Shown here: positions 9,874 to 19,385 of the stretch, piece by piece | Numbering within the stretch: position 1 is the first letter of the stretch | Layout: each line of letters starts with the position of its first letter | Assembly (NCBI GenBank): GCA_016177705.1 | Contig: JACOUT010000002.1 | Coordinates: 213,604-277,603, forward strand | DNA length: 64,000 nucleotides | Source of the DNA: Deltaproteobacteria bacterium | Lineage (GTDB): Bacteria; Myxococcota; UBA727; VGSZ01 | Reading direction: 5' to 3' | Made by a program: the position numbers and the translations under genes | The notes under the pieces: generated by a model | The model's input: the letters and a program-made list of their open reading frames with translations, nothing else | Database searches by the model: none | Told to the model about the DNA's origin: nothing

Positions 9874-10531
9874 CCCCTGCGCCGTCACCACCGTCGCTGC
9901 TCTGGCACTGGTCTCCGCCTGCCCGTCGCCGCCTCCCTGCCCGGAGGTGGAGGGCGGGGAGGTCTCGGTGCGGGCCGGCTTCTCCACCGAGGACGGCGAA
10001 GTGACGCTCGCCTACGACGAGCCGACGCATCTCCGCGCTATCGCGGTTGCCACGGGGCAGCTCGTCGCCTACCTCGACGTCACGGCTCCGCCGGGCGTCG
10101 AGCTGGCCATCGCGCCGAATGAAGGCGCCACCTACCTGAGCGCCGCGAACGACGAAGAACGTGCCTATGCCCGGCTGACGGACTCACGCGGCACCCTCTT
10201 CGAGGGTGGCACGTTCTTCAGCCTCGCTCCGGTCATGAACCCACCCGCCCTGGTCGAAATCGAGGAGGACGGACAGTCCACCTGCATCGCCGCGAACGGA
10301 AGCCTGACCCGAAGCGTGGTGGCCCACCTGGGCCTCGACGAGCCCATCGACCTGCGCCGCGGGGAATATGCCTACGGGGAGCTCGGGGGGATACCGGCCT
10401 TCGCCATGCTCCCCGACGCTGCCGCCGTCGACCACCGCGGCGACCCGCCGACGGAGGACGGCGCGGATGTCGACACCAGCTACGGAGGCCACTCGGCCGT
10501 GTTCCGGCTGGCGGAGGCGGCCGCTCCCTGA
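9857..10531 (+). CDS. Lipoprotein of unknown function, third gene of the operon
   Basis: MASITNPCAVTTVAALALVSAC: signal peptide plus lipobox. Overlaps the previous gene by 17 nt. Confidence 0.5.
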   Translation: MASITNPCAVTTVAALALVSACPSPPPCPEVEGGEVSVRAGFSTEDGEVTLAYDEPTHLRAIAVATGQLVAYLDVTAPPGVELAIAPNEGATYLSAANDEERAYARLTDSRGTLFEGGTFFSLAPVMNPPALVEIEEDGQSTCIAANGSLTRSVVAHLGLDEPIDLRRGEYAYGELGGIPAFAMLPDAAAVDHRGDPPTEDGADVDTSYGGHSAVFRLAEAAAP

Positions 10532-10814
10532 GCGGGGGTGGCATGCTCGAGCGGCCCCGTGCGACCGCGCTCGAAGGGCCGGGGGGCGAGGGTGGGTCCG
10601 CCGCCGCGCCCATCCGGGCAGGACACCACACCGTTCGTTCACCACCAACCCGCCGATCGTGTCGGCGCGGCCCGCCACCGCGACAAGGGTCCGGACCGGC
10701 AAGGCGCGGAGGCGGACTCGCCCTCGCCCCCCGACCCGTCCCTCGCCTACGCCAGCTCCGTTGACGACGCGTGCGCGCAGCGGGTTGACCGAGATGGTCA
10801 TGAGCTCTATGATC

Positions 10815-11087
10815 ATGACCATGTCCTCGGAATGGAACGTCGCCGGCGCCAAGGCCGAGCTGTCGCGGCTGCTGCGCGAGGCGCAGCGCGAGCCGCAGGT
10901 GATCGAGAACCGTGGCCGGCCGGTCGCGGTGGTGCTCGGCGTGGACGACTACCAGGCGCTCACTGAGCGCGGCGCCGCCGTCGAGCGGTGGCAGCGACTG
11001 CTCGATACCAGCGCCGCCATTCGCGCCGCGGGCGGCGCGACACTGGTGGTCCCGCCGCGTCGTCCGCGCCGCTCGCCGTTCGCATGA
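10815..11087 (+). CDS. vapB: Type II antitoxin (Phd/YefM or VapB type)
   Basis: WNVAGAKAELSRLLREAQREPQVIENRGRPVAVVLGVDDYQAL is a typical antitoxin N-domain. Its stop overlaps the vapC start (ATGA). Confidence 0.6.
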   Translation: MTMSSEWNVAGAKAELSRLLREAQREPQVIENRGRPVAVVLGVDDYQALTERGAAVERWQRLLDTSAAIRAAGGATLVVPPRRPRRSPFA

Positions 11088-11494
11088 CCGCCCTCGTTGA
11101 CACCAACGTGCTGTCGGAGCTGCCTCGGCCGCGCCCGAACGCGAACGTGCTCAGATGGCTCGAGGGTCAGGGCGGACTCATGCTCAGCGTCGTCACGATC
11201 GAGGAGCTCGCGTTCGGCGTAGCGCGCACCCGCCCGGCCATACGGAGGCGCCTGGGTAGGTGGCTCGAGGAGCTCATCGCCGCGGCGGATCACACCTACG
11301 ACGTCACGCCGGCGATCGCGCGCGCGTCAGGCGAGCTGCGCGCGGCGCGGGAAGGCGCGGGGCGTCGGGTGGCACAGGCCGACATGTTGATCGCGGCCAC
11401 GGCGCTGGTCCACGGGCTACCGTTGGCGACGCGCAACACTCGCGACTTCCAGGGGTGCGGGATCGTCCTGGTGAACCCCTTCGGCGACTCGTAG
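11084..11494 (+). CDS. vapC: PIN-domain toxin VapC
   Basis: MTALVDTNVLSE… and later …DMLIAATA…TRNTRDF: the conserved PIN acidic residues. Confidence 0.75.
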   Translation: MTALVDTNVLSELPRPRPNANVLRWLEGQGGLMLSVVTIEELAFGVARTRPAIRRRLGRWLEELIAAADHTYDVTPAIARASGELRAAREGAGRRVAQADMLIAATALVHGLPLATRNTRDFQGCGIVLVNPFGDS

Positions 11495-12244
11495 GTTGGC
11501 TGACGCCGGCACCTCGTCCGACAGCTCAGGGACGTTCCGGCCCGGCAACGCCACGCTCGCGAGCGCTCGGCGCATGCGATCGGCAAGGCGCTCCGAGGGA
11601 TGGCGCACGACGCGCAACAGGCCGAGGATGATGGCGAAGGTGCGCACGAAGCTCGGCTGCTGATAGAGCACCAGCTCGTAGCGCTTGCCGCGCGCCCAGT
11701 AGTGCAGCTCGACCACCGGCCAGAGTTGGTCCTTGCGCGCCTTGACCTCGGGCTGCTGCTCGGCGCGCACCTCGGCGCGGCCGAGCACGCCCTCGAGGGC
11801 CAACCGGCCGCTGTTCGGCACCAGCTCGAGCACCGCGATCTCGTCGGGCACACGCTTGATTCTGTGCACGGTGACCACGGGCTCGACGTTGACGAGCGCG
11901 TGCACGCCGCCTGCGCCCCGCAACGCCGAGCCGGCCCGCCGCTCGAAGCGCCGCGTCATGAAACGCACCAGCGCCACCTCGCCGAACAGATCAAAGCAGC
12001 TCGATGCCGCCGCCAGCAACATGCCGGCGAGCGCACCCGTGACGCTGCCGCGGTCGAGCGAGAACACCAGCACACCGATACCGGCGGAGATGCCGAACAG
12101 CATGCCGATGAAGCCGAACACTCGCGCCAGCTCGATGACGCCGAGGCGCACGCCAGCGTTGTCGTGGAGGGGCTCTTCGAGCGGCGTCGGCACGGCGGGC
12201 TCCGACCGAGATGGTCCCACGCCGCCAGGAGAGCCAGCAAACAC
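11417..12244 (-). CDS. Membrane protein with two N-terminal TM helices and a cytoplasmic domain (possible bPH/YdbS-like DUF304)
   Basis: Two hydrophobic helices (LGVIELARVFGFIGMLFGISAGIGVLVF; GALAGMLLAAASSCFDLF) followed by a roughly 150-aa soluble domain. Strong GC3 bias. Its 3' end overlaps vapC convergently by 78 nt. Confidence 0.45.
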   Translation of the reverse strand: MFAGSPGGVGPSRSEPAVPTPLEEPLHDNAGVRLGVIELARVFGFIGMLFGISAGIGVLVFSLDRGSVTGALAGMLLAAASSCFDLFGEVALVRFMTRRFERRAGSALRGAGGVHALVNVEPVVTVHRIKRVPDEIAVLELVPNSGRLALEGVLGRAEVRAEQQPEVKARKDQLWPVVELHYWARGKRYELVLYQQPSFVRTFAIILGLLRVVRHPSERLADRMRRALASVALPGRNVPELSDEVPASANLRVAEGVHQDDPAPLEVASVARRQR

Positions 12245-12296
12245 CGACGCCGACCGCCCGCTTTCCCGCGCCGGCGCACGGTGGCAAGGAGCGCGC

Positions 12297-13148
12297 GTGG
12301 CGACGTGCCCGCACCCGATCCCCTACCAAGGCAGCAAGCGGCGCCTGGCGGCGCAAGTGCTCGCCTTCGTGCCGAACGACGTCGACACACTGTGGGAGCC
12401 CTGCTGTGGCTCGGCAGCCGTCTCGCTGGCGGCGGCGCGCGAACAGCGCGCGCGTCGCTTCGTGCTCGGCGACAGCCTGGCGCCCTTGTGCTCGCTGTGG
12501 CAGCGCATCCTCGACGAGCCGGGCGCGCTCGCCGACGAGTACCAGCGCCTGTGGTCGGCGCAGCGCGAGGCACCGCGCGCCTGGTACGACGAGGTGCGCG
12601 AGGCCTTCAACGCCGACCACGACCCGGCCAAGCTGTTGTTCCTGCTCGCGCGCTGTGTGAAGAGCGCGGTGCGCTTCAACGCCGCCGGGGCCTTCAACCA
12701 GTCGCCCGATCGTCGACGACGCGGTACGCGCCCCGAACGCATGCGCGAACACCTCCTTGGCGCGTCGGCGCTCTTGGCCGGACGCACCGAGGTGCGCGCC
12801 GGTGACTACGCACACGCGCTCGACGAGGCCACGGCCGGCGACCTCGTCTACCTCGACCCGCCCTGGCAGGGCACGAGCGGCGCGCGCGACCGCCGCTACC
12901 ACCAGCAACACGAGCGCGAGCGCTTCGTCGCCGACCTCGAGCGGCTGCTGGCGCGCGGCGTGCGTGTCGTCGTCAGCTACGACGGTCGCACGGGCGATCG
13001 CCGGTACGGCGAACCGCTGCCGGAGCGCCTGGGGCTGGTGCGCCGTGAGCTGTTCGCCGGGCGATCGACGCAGGCGACGCTGCACGGGCGCAGCAGCGAG
13101 ACCGTCGAATCGCTCTACCTGTCACCGTCGCTCGTGGGCGCCGGCTGA
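12297..13148 (+). CDS. Orphan Dam-family (D12 class) N6-adenine DNA methyltransferase
   Basis: PYQGSKRRLA (motif X/I) and DPPW (DPPY-like motif IV). In-frame GTG start at 12297. No adjacent restriction endonuclease gene. Confidence 0.7.
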   Translation: MATCPHPIPYQGSKRRLAAQVLAFVPNDVDTLWEPCCGSAAVSLAAAREQRARRFVLGDSLAPLCSLWQRILDEPGALADEYQRLWSAQREAPRAWYDEVREAFNADHDPAKLLFLLARCVKSAVRFNAAGAFNQSPDRRRRGTRPERMREHLLGASALLAGRTEVRAGDYAHALDEATAGDLVYLDPPWQGTSGARDRRYHQQHERERFVADLERLLARGVRVVVSYDGRTGDRRYGEPLPERLGLVRRELFAGRSTQATLHGRSSETVESLYLSPSLVGAG

Positions 13149-13181
13149 CGACGGCTGAGGACGGCTGACGTCGGCTGGCAG
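13142..13181. repeat. Four tandem copies of a 10-bp unit CGGCTGASGW
   Basis: cggctgacga cggctgagga cggctgacgt cggctggcag. Lies between the methyltransferase stop and the yebC-like start. Confidence 0.8.
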
Positions 13182-13224
13182 ACGTGCAACAAGGCCGCGA
13201 CAGCCGCTTGTAGGAGCACCGCCG

Positions 13225-13950
13225 ATGGGACGCATCTTCGAGACGCGCAAGGCCACCATGTTCGCCCGCTGGAACAAGATGTCCAAGCAGTTCACGCGCA
13301 TTTCCAAGGACATCGTCATGGCCGTCAAGTCGGGCGGCCCCGACCCCGGCAGCAACCCCTCGCTGCGTCGGCAGATTCAGAACGCGCGCGCGCTCAACAT
13401 GCCCAAGGACAAGATCGAGGCGGCCATCAAGCGCGCCCAGGGCAAGGACACGGCCAACTACGAAGAGCTGATCTACGAGGGCTACGCGCCGCACGGCATC
13501 GCCGTGCTCGTCGTCACCGCCACCGACAACCCGACGCGCACCGTCACCAACGTGCGCACCGCGTTCGGCAAGGCGGGCGGCAACCTCGGCAGCACGGGCA
13601 GCGTCGCCTTCGCCTTCACGCGCATGGGCGTGTTCCGGCTCGACCCAGCGAGCGTCAAGGACGCCGAGCAGCTCGAGCTCGAGCTGATCGATCACGGGCT
13701 CGAGGAGATGGGCGAGGGCACGGGCGAGAAGGGCGAGAAGCAGATCGTGATCCGCTGCGCGCTCGCCAGCTTCGGCGAGATGCAGAAGGCGCTCGAGGCG
13801 CGCGGCCTGACACCGCTGTCGTCGGAGTCCGAGTTCATCCCGCAAAACCCGATGACCTTGCCGGAGGAGAAGGCCACCGAGGTGCTCGCCATGGTCGACA
13901 AGCTCGAGCAGGACGAGGACGTCCAGCAGGTCTTCCACAACCTCGGCTGA
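13225..13950 (+). CDS. YebC/PmpR-family transcriptional regulatory protein
   Basis: [41 protein letters not shown]… is a highly conserved YebC N-terminus. Confidence 0.8.
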   Translation: MGRIFETRKATMFARWNKMSKQFTRISKDIVMAVKSGGPDPGSNPSLRRQIQNARALNMPKDKIEAAIKRAQGKDTANYEELIYEGYAPHGIAVLVVTATDNPTRTVTNVRTAFGKAGGNLGSTGSVAFAFTRMGVFRLDPASVKDAEQLELELIDHGLEEMGEGTGEKGEKQIVIRCALASFGEMQKALEARGLTPLSSESEFIPQNPMTLPEEKATEVLAMVDKLEQDEDVQQVFHNLG

Positions 13951-13971
13951 CCGCGCGGCACAGATGATGCA

Positions 13972-15033
13972 GTGGCGCGCGCCATGCGCGTCATTACCCT
14001 CATCGTCGTCACGCTGCTCGCCGTGCCTGCCGCACCCTCGTGCGCGCCCACCACCTACGTGGTGGCGCCCGATCCACCGCCGCCGACGCCGCTCGATCCG
14101 TTCTTCGACGACCTCGGCCCCTATGGCGATTGGTGGTGGAACGACACCTGGGGTTGGGTGTGGAGCCCCACGGTCGGCTACGGCTGGCGTCCGTACACCG
14201 TCGGCCACTGGGTCTGGACCGCGGAGTGGGGCTGGCTCTGGGCCTCGTCCGAGCCCTTCGGGTGGGCGTGCTTCCACTATGGCCGTTGGATCTGGCTCGA
14301 CGACGCCGGCTGGGTCTGGCTGCCCGGACGCACCTGGGGGCCCGGCTGGGTGATGTGGCGCAGCGGCCCCGGCTACGTCGGCTGGGTGCCGCTCGGCCCC
14401 GGGCCGTTCCACGAGCCGCACGTGCACCTCTGGTGGTGGGTGGTCGTCGAGGAGCGGCACTTCCTGGCGCCCAACGTGGTCGAGGTCGCCGTGCCGCCCG
14501 ATCGCAACCCGGTGGTGCTTCCGAGCACGCGCGTGCTGCATCGCCCCGAGCGCGACGACGGCGCGGCGTCGCCCAACCGCGACATCGACGTGCAGGCGAT
14601 CGAGCGCGCGACCTCGACCAAGGTGCTGCCCAAGCGGGTGCTCGAGGCCAAGGACGCCGGCGCCGAGCTGCCGGACGCGGTGACCGTGCGACGTGCGCCC
14701 GACATCGGGCCCGACCGCGTCGGCGGGCGGCAGGACCTGTTCGCGCCTACGCGCGAGCTGGCGCGTGACCGGCCCGTCGACGAGCGGCCGCTCTCGGCGC
14801 CGCCCGACGACGAGCTCGAGCGCTACTTCGGCGCCGCGCGCGCGCGCCTCGACGAGCGGCAGCGCGCCGAGCAAGGCGCCCCGCCCAAGGGTGTGCCGCC
14901 CGACAAGCTGCGCGCCATGCAGGAGGACGAGCGGCGCGTGCTCGAGGAGCAGGAGCAGAAGGAGCGCGAGGCCGCCGCCAAGAAGAAGGCGCAGAAGCGG
15001 CCGGCGCTCGTCAAGAAGACCAAGAAGCGCTGA
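13972..15033 (+). CDS. Trp-rich lipoprotein with a Lys/Glu-rich C-terminal tail
   Basis: Signal plus lipobox (LLAVPAAPSC). About 25 Trp in roughly 130 aa, in GW/WxW patterns. C-terminal EEQEQKEREAAAKKKAQKRPALVKKTKKR. Confidence 0.55.
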   Translation: MARAMRVITLIVVTLLAVPAAPSCAPTTYVVAPDPPPPTPLDPFFDDLGPYGDWWWNDTWGWVWSPTVGYGWRPYTVGHWVWTAEWGWLWASSEPFGWACFHYGRWIWLDDAGWVWLPGRTWGPGWVMWRSGPGYVGWVPLGPGPFHEPHVHLWWWVVVEERHFLAPNVVEVAVPPDRNPVVLPSTRVLHRPERDDGAASPNRDIDVQAIERATSTKVLPKRVLEAKDAGAELPDAVTVRRAPDIGPDRVGGRQDLFAPTRELARDRPVDERPLSAPPDDELERYFGAARARLDERQRAEQGAPPKGVPPDKLRAMQEDERRVLEEQEQKEREAAAKKKAQKRPALVKKTKKR

Positions 15034-15042
15034 CGCTCGGGC

Positions 15043-16614
15043 TCACTGGCAGTAGCCGGGATCGATCATCCACCAGCCGCGCCGCGCGCCTGGGCTCCAC
15101 ACCACGAGCGGCCCGCCGTAGTTACACACGTGGTAGCCGTACCAGCGGCCCGCGCAGCCGGTGTTGCTGACAGCGATCTCGTCGGTGTGGCCAACCTCGT
15201 GCTGCCCGGCGCTGTAGCCGCGCGCGCGCAGCTCGGCGGTCACGGCCGCAAACCAGCTCTGGCACTTCTCCTCCGCGTTGGCGCCCGCAAACGCGCTCAG
15301 GTCACAGCTGCTCGACACGCCGCAGCCGGTGAGCGCGACCATGGCCGCGTTGACCGCGGCGTCGACCTCGGGATCGGTGTCGGTGCTGGAGGTCGCAGCG
15401 GCGATGAAGCCCTCCTCGGGCACGCCCACCGGGAAGGCCGCCGCCGACGGCTCGCTGCACTGCTCGCCGAGCACAGCGAGCGACTCGTGGAGCTGCGCCT
15501 CGGTCTGCTCGTGTCGCCAGTACCAAAAGGCCGTGCCCTGCGTGCGCGCTGCGCAGAAGCGCTGCTCGAACTGGGCAGGGGTCAGCGCGGGCGACGGGTT
15601 GTACTCGTTGACCATGCAGGGCTTGCCGAGGCACTGCGCGGCGCTCGGCGCCTGCGTCTGGTGGAACTCGAGGTAGTCGACCTCGGCGAGCTGCATGGCC
15701 GCGTCCTCGCCGGCGTTGGTGCCGAACGGGTGGCGCAGGTAGCCGTGCCGCTGCTCCTCGTCGCGGATCAGGTCGTGCATCGATCGCGTCCACTCCGCGG
15801 TGTAGCCGGCGATCAGGCTCACCTCGTTGCCGTCCTGGTACAGCACGTTGTCGAAGCGGCCGGTCTCCAACACCACCTTGCGGATCCATGCCTCGTGCAC
15901 CGAGCCGGGCGCCACCGGCTCGCTCCCTGCGGCCGAGCACAGGTCGAGCCCTTGCACGTTGAAGGCGGCGTCCCACGCGCTGTAGCCGGGGATGTCGCCG
16001 GCCTGGCAGTGTTTGATCGACCAGCCGTCGACGACGTCGATCTCGACGTACTGGCCGTGGTCGCGCGCGAGCTGCACGAGCGCGCGCACGCGCGCCCAGA
16101 ACGCGTCGTTGAATTGCGCGAGGTCCGCGCGACCGTCCACCTCGAGGTAGCCGCCACCGGTCGCCGCCCAGTCGGTCTCGCCGTTGCCGGCGGTGAGGAA
16201 CGGGCCGAGGCGCGCGTGCAGGAAGTTGCCGTCGTTGTCCGCCACCAAGGCCGACCAGGCCTCGTCGAACAGAGGCCAACCATAGCCGCCGCCGCAGCAG
16301 GAGATCGCTCCCCGCACGTCGACCACGGCGCCGTCGACGCGGACGAAACGCCCGTCCTGCGCCGATAGCGCCATCGAGGTCGGCGGCACGCCGGCGTCGG
16401 GCTCGCCGTCCGTGCCGGCGTCCGGCTCGACCTCCTCGCCGGCGTCGCGCACCGGTCCCGCGTCGCTCTGAGTGCCGGCGTCCGTGAGGTGGCCGGCATC
16501 GCCCGCCTCGGCCGGGTCGGGCTGGTCGTCGTCGACGCCCGTCGGTGTGCAGCAGACGAACGCGAGAGGAAGCACCAGCAGGGCGAGGGATCTCATAGGC
16601 GGCGACGGTTTCAT
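15043..16614 (-). CDS. Secreted lipoprotein, glycoside-hydrolase-like (clan GH-A-like NE motifs)
   Basis: MKPSPPMRSLALLVLPLAFVCC signal. Acidic low-complexity linker. LYQDGNEVS and MVNEYNP motifs. Confidence 0.45.
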   Translation of the reverse strand: MKPSPPMRSLALLVLPLAFVCCTPTGVDDDQPDPAEAGDAGHLTDAGTQSDAGPVRDAGEEVEPDAGTDGEPDAGVPPTSMALSAQDGRFVRVDGAVVDVRGAISCCGGGYGWPLFDEAWSALVADNDGNFLHARLGPFLTAGNGETDWAATGGGYLEVDGRADLAQFNDAFWARVRALVQLARDHGQYVEIDVVDGWSIKHCQAGDIPGYSAWDAAFNVQGLDLCSAAGSEPVAPGSVHEAWIRKVVLETGRFDNVLYQDGNEVSLIAGYTAEWTRSMHDLIRDEEQRHGYLRHPFGTNAGEDAAMQLAEVDYLEFHQTQAPSAAQCLGKPCMVNEYNPSPALTPAQFEQRFCAARTQGTAFWYWRHEQTEAQLHESLAVLGEQCSEPSAAAFPVGVPEEGFIAAATSSTDTDPEVDAAVNAAMVALTGCGVSSSCDLSAFAGANAEEKCQSWFAAVTAELRARGYSAGQHEVGHTDEIAVSNTGCAGRWYGYHVCNYGGPLVVWSPGARRGWWMIDPGYCQ

Positions 16615-16829
16615 CCGCTGCACGCGCAGGCGTTCATCGCCGCGCCAAACGAGTGCGCGCCCGCGCCAGCGGCATCGAGCCACCTGCAGCGCCACACACC
16701 TCGGCGCGTGACGTGTGGCGCATTGCTGCACGCGAATGGCGCGCGTTCACCACGGAAAACACCGTGTCGACGTGGAAACGACGCACGCGCCGCTTGTGAG
16801 GTTGGATCGCATGTGCGTCGATCGCGCGC

Positions 16830-18653
16830 ATGAACCGCTTGAGCTGCACCGCCGTGCTCGCTTGCACCTTCGTGCTCTTCACCTCGATCGGCGTGCGCGC
16901 CGACGCCGCAGCCGACCTGCGCCTGCAAAAGGCGCTCGGCTACGAGGCACGTACGGCGGCCATGAGCCCGAACGGCCTGGTGCACCAGGCGGTGGTCGAC
17001 GGCGACACCGTGGTGGAGCTGCGCGCCACCTCGGACTGCGCCATCTGGACCGGCGTGCAAGCCGGCGCCGCCGCGCTGCGCTTCTCGCTCTACCGGGACG
17101 AGGCGTCGCGCGCCTCCTTGCGGCGCGCCGTGCTCGGCGTGCACCTGTTGTTTCAGGTGACCGGCGTGCCCGGCCTGTTCGGTCGCTGCGCCTGGCGCAA
17201 CGACGACGCCATCTTCGTCGACGACACCGCGGTGGTGCACCCGGGCGCGCCGCCGTTCGAGGACTACTCGTGGCGCGCGCGGGTCTCGCAAGACCAGGTG
17301 AGCGGCGTGCTGTTCGGCTACGCGCTTGCCTATGAGCTGACCGACGACGAGGAGCTGCGCGTCATCATCAGGGACGACCTGGGCGCGTTGGCGCGGCACG
17401 TACGCGATCACGACTTGCAGATCATCGACGTCGACGGCGAGCCTTCGCCCTTCACCGACTTCAACCCGACCACCGTCGAGCTGTTCGGCATCGGCGTCGG
17501 CGGCTTCCAGGCCGCCATGGCGCTGTCGCTGTTCAAGATCGCTGCGCACGTGACCGGCGACCCCGCGCTCGCGAGCTACTACCAAGACGAGCTGGTCGGC
17601 GCGCGTGGCTTCGCCGACCTGGTGCGAGACCAATTGCACGTCGAGGTGCCCGACGCGCTCCGCCTGTTCGACGCCGGCGTCGAGTGCGACACCAACTACA
17701 ACAACTACAACATGATGTTCCTGGTGATGCTGCCGCTGGCGCGCCTCGAGCAGGATCCGGCGCTGGCGGCGCTCTACCGGGACGCCATCCGCGATCACCT
17801 GTGGAACGACGAGGGTGAGCCGCCGCTCGTCGGCGCCTTCCCGCTCCCCGGCGGCGCCAATCACCGGCCCGTCCGAGGCCAACGGAATTCCTTCTGGACC
17901 TACCTGACCTATGCGGCCGGCGCCGAGGCGACCGACGAGGTCGTGCTCGGCGAGGCGCAGCACACGCTCGACGTGTTCTTCGCGCCGCCGGCGCGCGGGC
18001 CGGCCGAGGTGGACAACAGCGCGGACTTCCCGTCGCAGTGCCTCGACCGCTTCGAACAGCCCATGCACAAGGGAGCCGTCATCCCCTACGAGCGACGCGT
18101 GCCGGGCTTCTTCGCTTGGACCGGCAACCCGTACAGCGTCGCGTCGGGCGCGCCGCCCGAGGAGTTCCCCGGTGTCGACTACCAGATCGCCTACTGGCTC
18201 GGCCGCTGGACCGGGCTATTGCCGCACGGCGACGCCGACGGCGACGGGCTCGACGACGATCGGGAGCCCTACTTCGGCACCGACCCGAGCGCGGCCGACA
18301 GCGACGGCGACGGCGTCAGCGACGGCGTCGAGGTAGACGAGCTTGGCACCGATCCGACCGTCAGCGACGCGCCGCCCAGCGAAGGGGAAGGCGAAGGGGA
18401 GGGCGAGGGCGAAGGTGAAGGCGAGGGGGAAGGAGAAGGAGCGCAGCCCGCCGAGGGCGAGGGCGAGGACGGCGGCGAGGGCGAGGACGGCGACCAGGGC
18501 GCGCGCCCGCCCGGCGGCGGTGGTGACGAGGTGCCGTCCTGCGCGTGCGTGACGTCGGAGGGCGGTGAGCGCTCGCTCGCGCTCGGGCTCTTCGTGCTGC
18601 TCGCTGCGCGCGCCGCCGTGCCGCGGCGGCAGCCTCCGAAGGCCAGCGGCTGA
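16830..18653 (+). CDS. Secreted protein with thrombospondin-type-3-like Ca-binding repeats, a (GE)n linker and MYXO-CTERM
   Basis: Signal peptide. DADGDGLDDDREPYFGTDPSAADSDGDGVSDGVEVDELGTDP. (GE)11. C-terminal SCACVTSEGG… followed by a hydrophobic helix and RAAVPRRQ. Confidence 0.6.
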   Translation: MNRLSCTAVLACTFVLFTSIGVRADAAADLRLQKALGYEARTAAMSPNGLVHQAVVDGDTVVELRATSDCAIWTGVQAGAAALRFSLYRDEASRASLRRAVLGVHLLFQVTGVPGLFGRCAWRNDDAIFVDDTAVVHPGAPPFEDYSWRARVSQDQVSGVLFGYALAYELTDDEELRVIIRDDLGALARHVRDHDLQIIDVDGEPSPFTDFNPTTVELFGIGVGGFQAAMALSLFKIAAHVTGDPALASYYQDELVGARGFADLVRDQLHVEVPDALRLFDAGVECDTNYNNYNMMFLVMLPLARLEQDPALAALYRDAIRDHLWNDEGEPPLVGAFPLPGGANHRPVRGQRNSFWTYLTYAAGAEATDEVVLGEAQHTLDVFFAPPARGPAEVDNSADFPSQCLDRFEQPMHKGAVIPYERRVPGFFAWTGNPYSVASGAPPEEFPGVDYQIAYWLGRWTGLLPHGDADGDGLDDDREPYFGTDPSAADSDGDGVSDGVEVDELGTDPTVSDAPPSEGEGEGEGEGEGEGEGEGEGAQPAEGEGEDGGEGEDGDQGARPPGGGGDEVPSCACVTSEGGERSLALGLFVLLAARAAVPRRQPPKASG

Positions 18654-18669
18654 GCGGTCGCGGCTGCGC

Positions 18670-19254
18670 TCAGGGCAGCTCGATGCGGCCAGGCGCGCCG
18701 TTGTCGCCCACCGCCGTGTGGCACGAATTGCATGCGCCGCCGGTCTGCTCGCTCGCCATCTCGCGCGTGCGCCCGTCGTAGCTGATGCGCGCCGTGAAAG
18801 GGGTGTTCCCCTCCAGTGAGGCGTTCGAGGAGAAGTTGCCCGCCGCGTTGGTCTCGAGCGTCAGGAACACGGCGCCATCGGGGCCGATCAGCTCGATTCG
18901 CGCCCCCGGGATGCCGCGGCAGTCGTCCTCGTCGTCGAGCGCGCCCGCCACTGTGCCGGCCACCGTGAACGTCGGCCCCTCGCCACGGCTCGCGTGGCAG
19001 GCGATGCAGTTGCCGCCGGGGTGCATCGCCGAGGAGCCACGGTCACCGCGAGTCCACCACTGGCCGGTCGCACATGCATCACCCACGGCGCCGTCGGGCG
19101 GCGTTTCGGCATAGCCCGACGGCGGCGGCCCGACGTCGGGTAGCTCGCGCTCGCCCTCACCCTCCCCTTCGCCCTCGCCCGCGGGGACGGACGGGCACCC
19201 TGCGACGGCCCCGAGCACAGCCACCGTGACGACGACGATCGAACCTCGAACCAT
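18670..19254 (-). CDS. Di-heme c-type cytochrome lipoprotein
   Basis: MVRGSIVVVTVAVLGAVAGC lipobox. Two CxxCH motifs (CIACH, CNSCH). (GE)7 linker after the lipobox. Confidence 0.6.
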   Translation of the reverse strand: MVRGSIVVVTVAVLGAVAGCPSVPAGEGEGEGEGERELPDVGPPPSGYAETPPDGAVGDACATGQWWTRGDRGSSAMHPGGNCIACHASRGEGPTFTVAGTVAGALDDEDDCRGIPGARIELIGPDGAVFLTLETNAAGNFSSNASLEGNTPFTARISYDGRTREMASEQTGGACNSCHTAVGDNGAPGRIELP

Positions 19255-19385
19255 GCGCTCCTCCAGCCCTCGCGTGACGTAGCCAACGGCCGGTCGGTTG
19301 GCGAGTGATTTCAGGCCTGACAGCCCCCCTGCGTCGACTCGTCGCACCCCCTTCAACCTGTCGGCGCCGGTACTACGGTCGAGCG

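Noticed and set aside
16611-18068. 485-aa minus-strand ORF
   Set aside because: Antisense to the TSP3-repeat secreted protein and to the GH-like lipoprotein start. No motifs.
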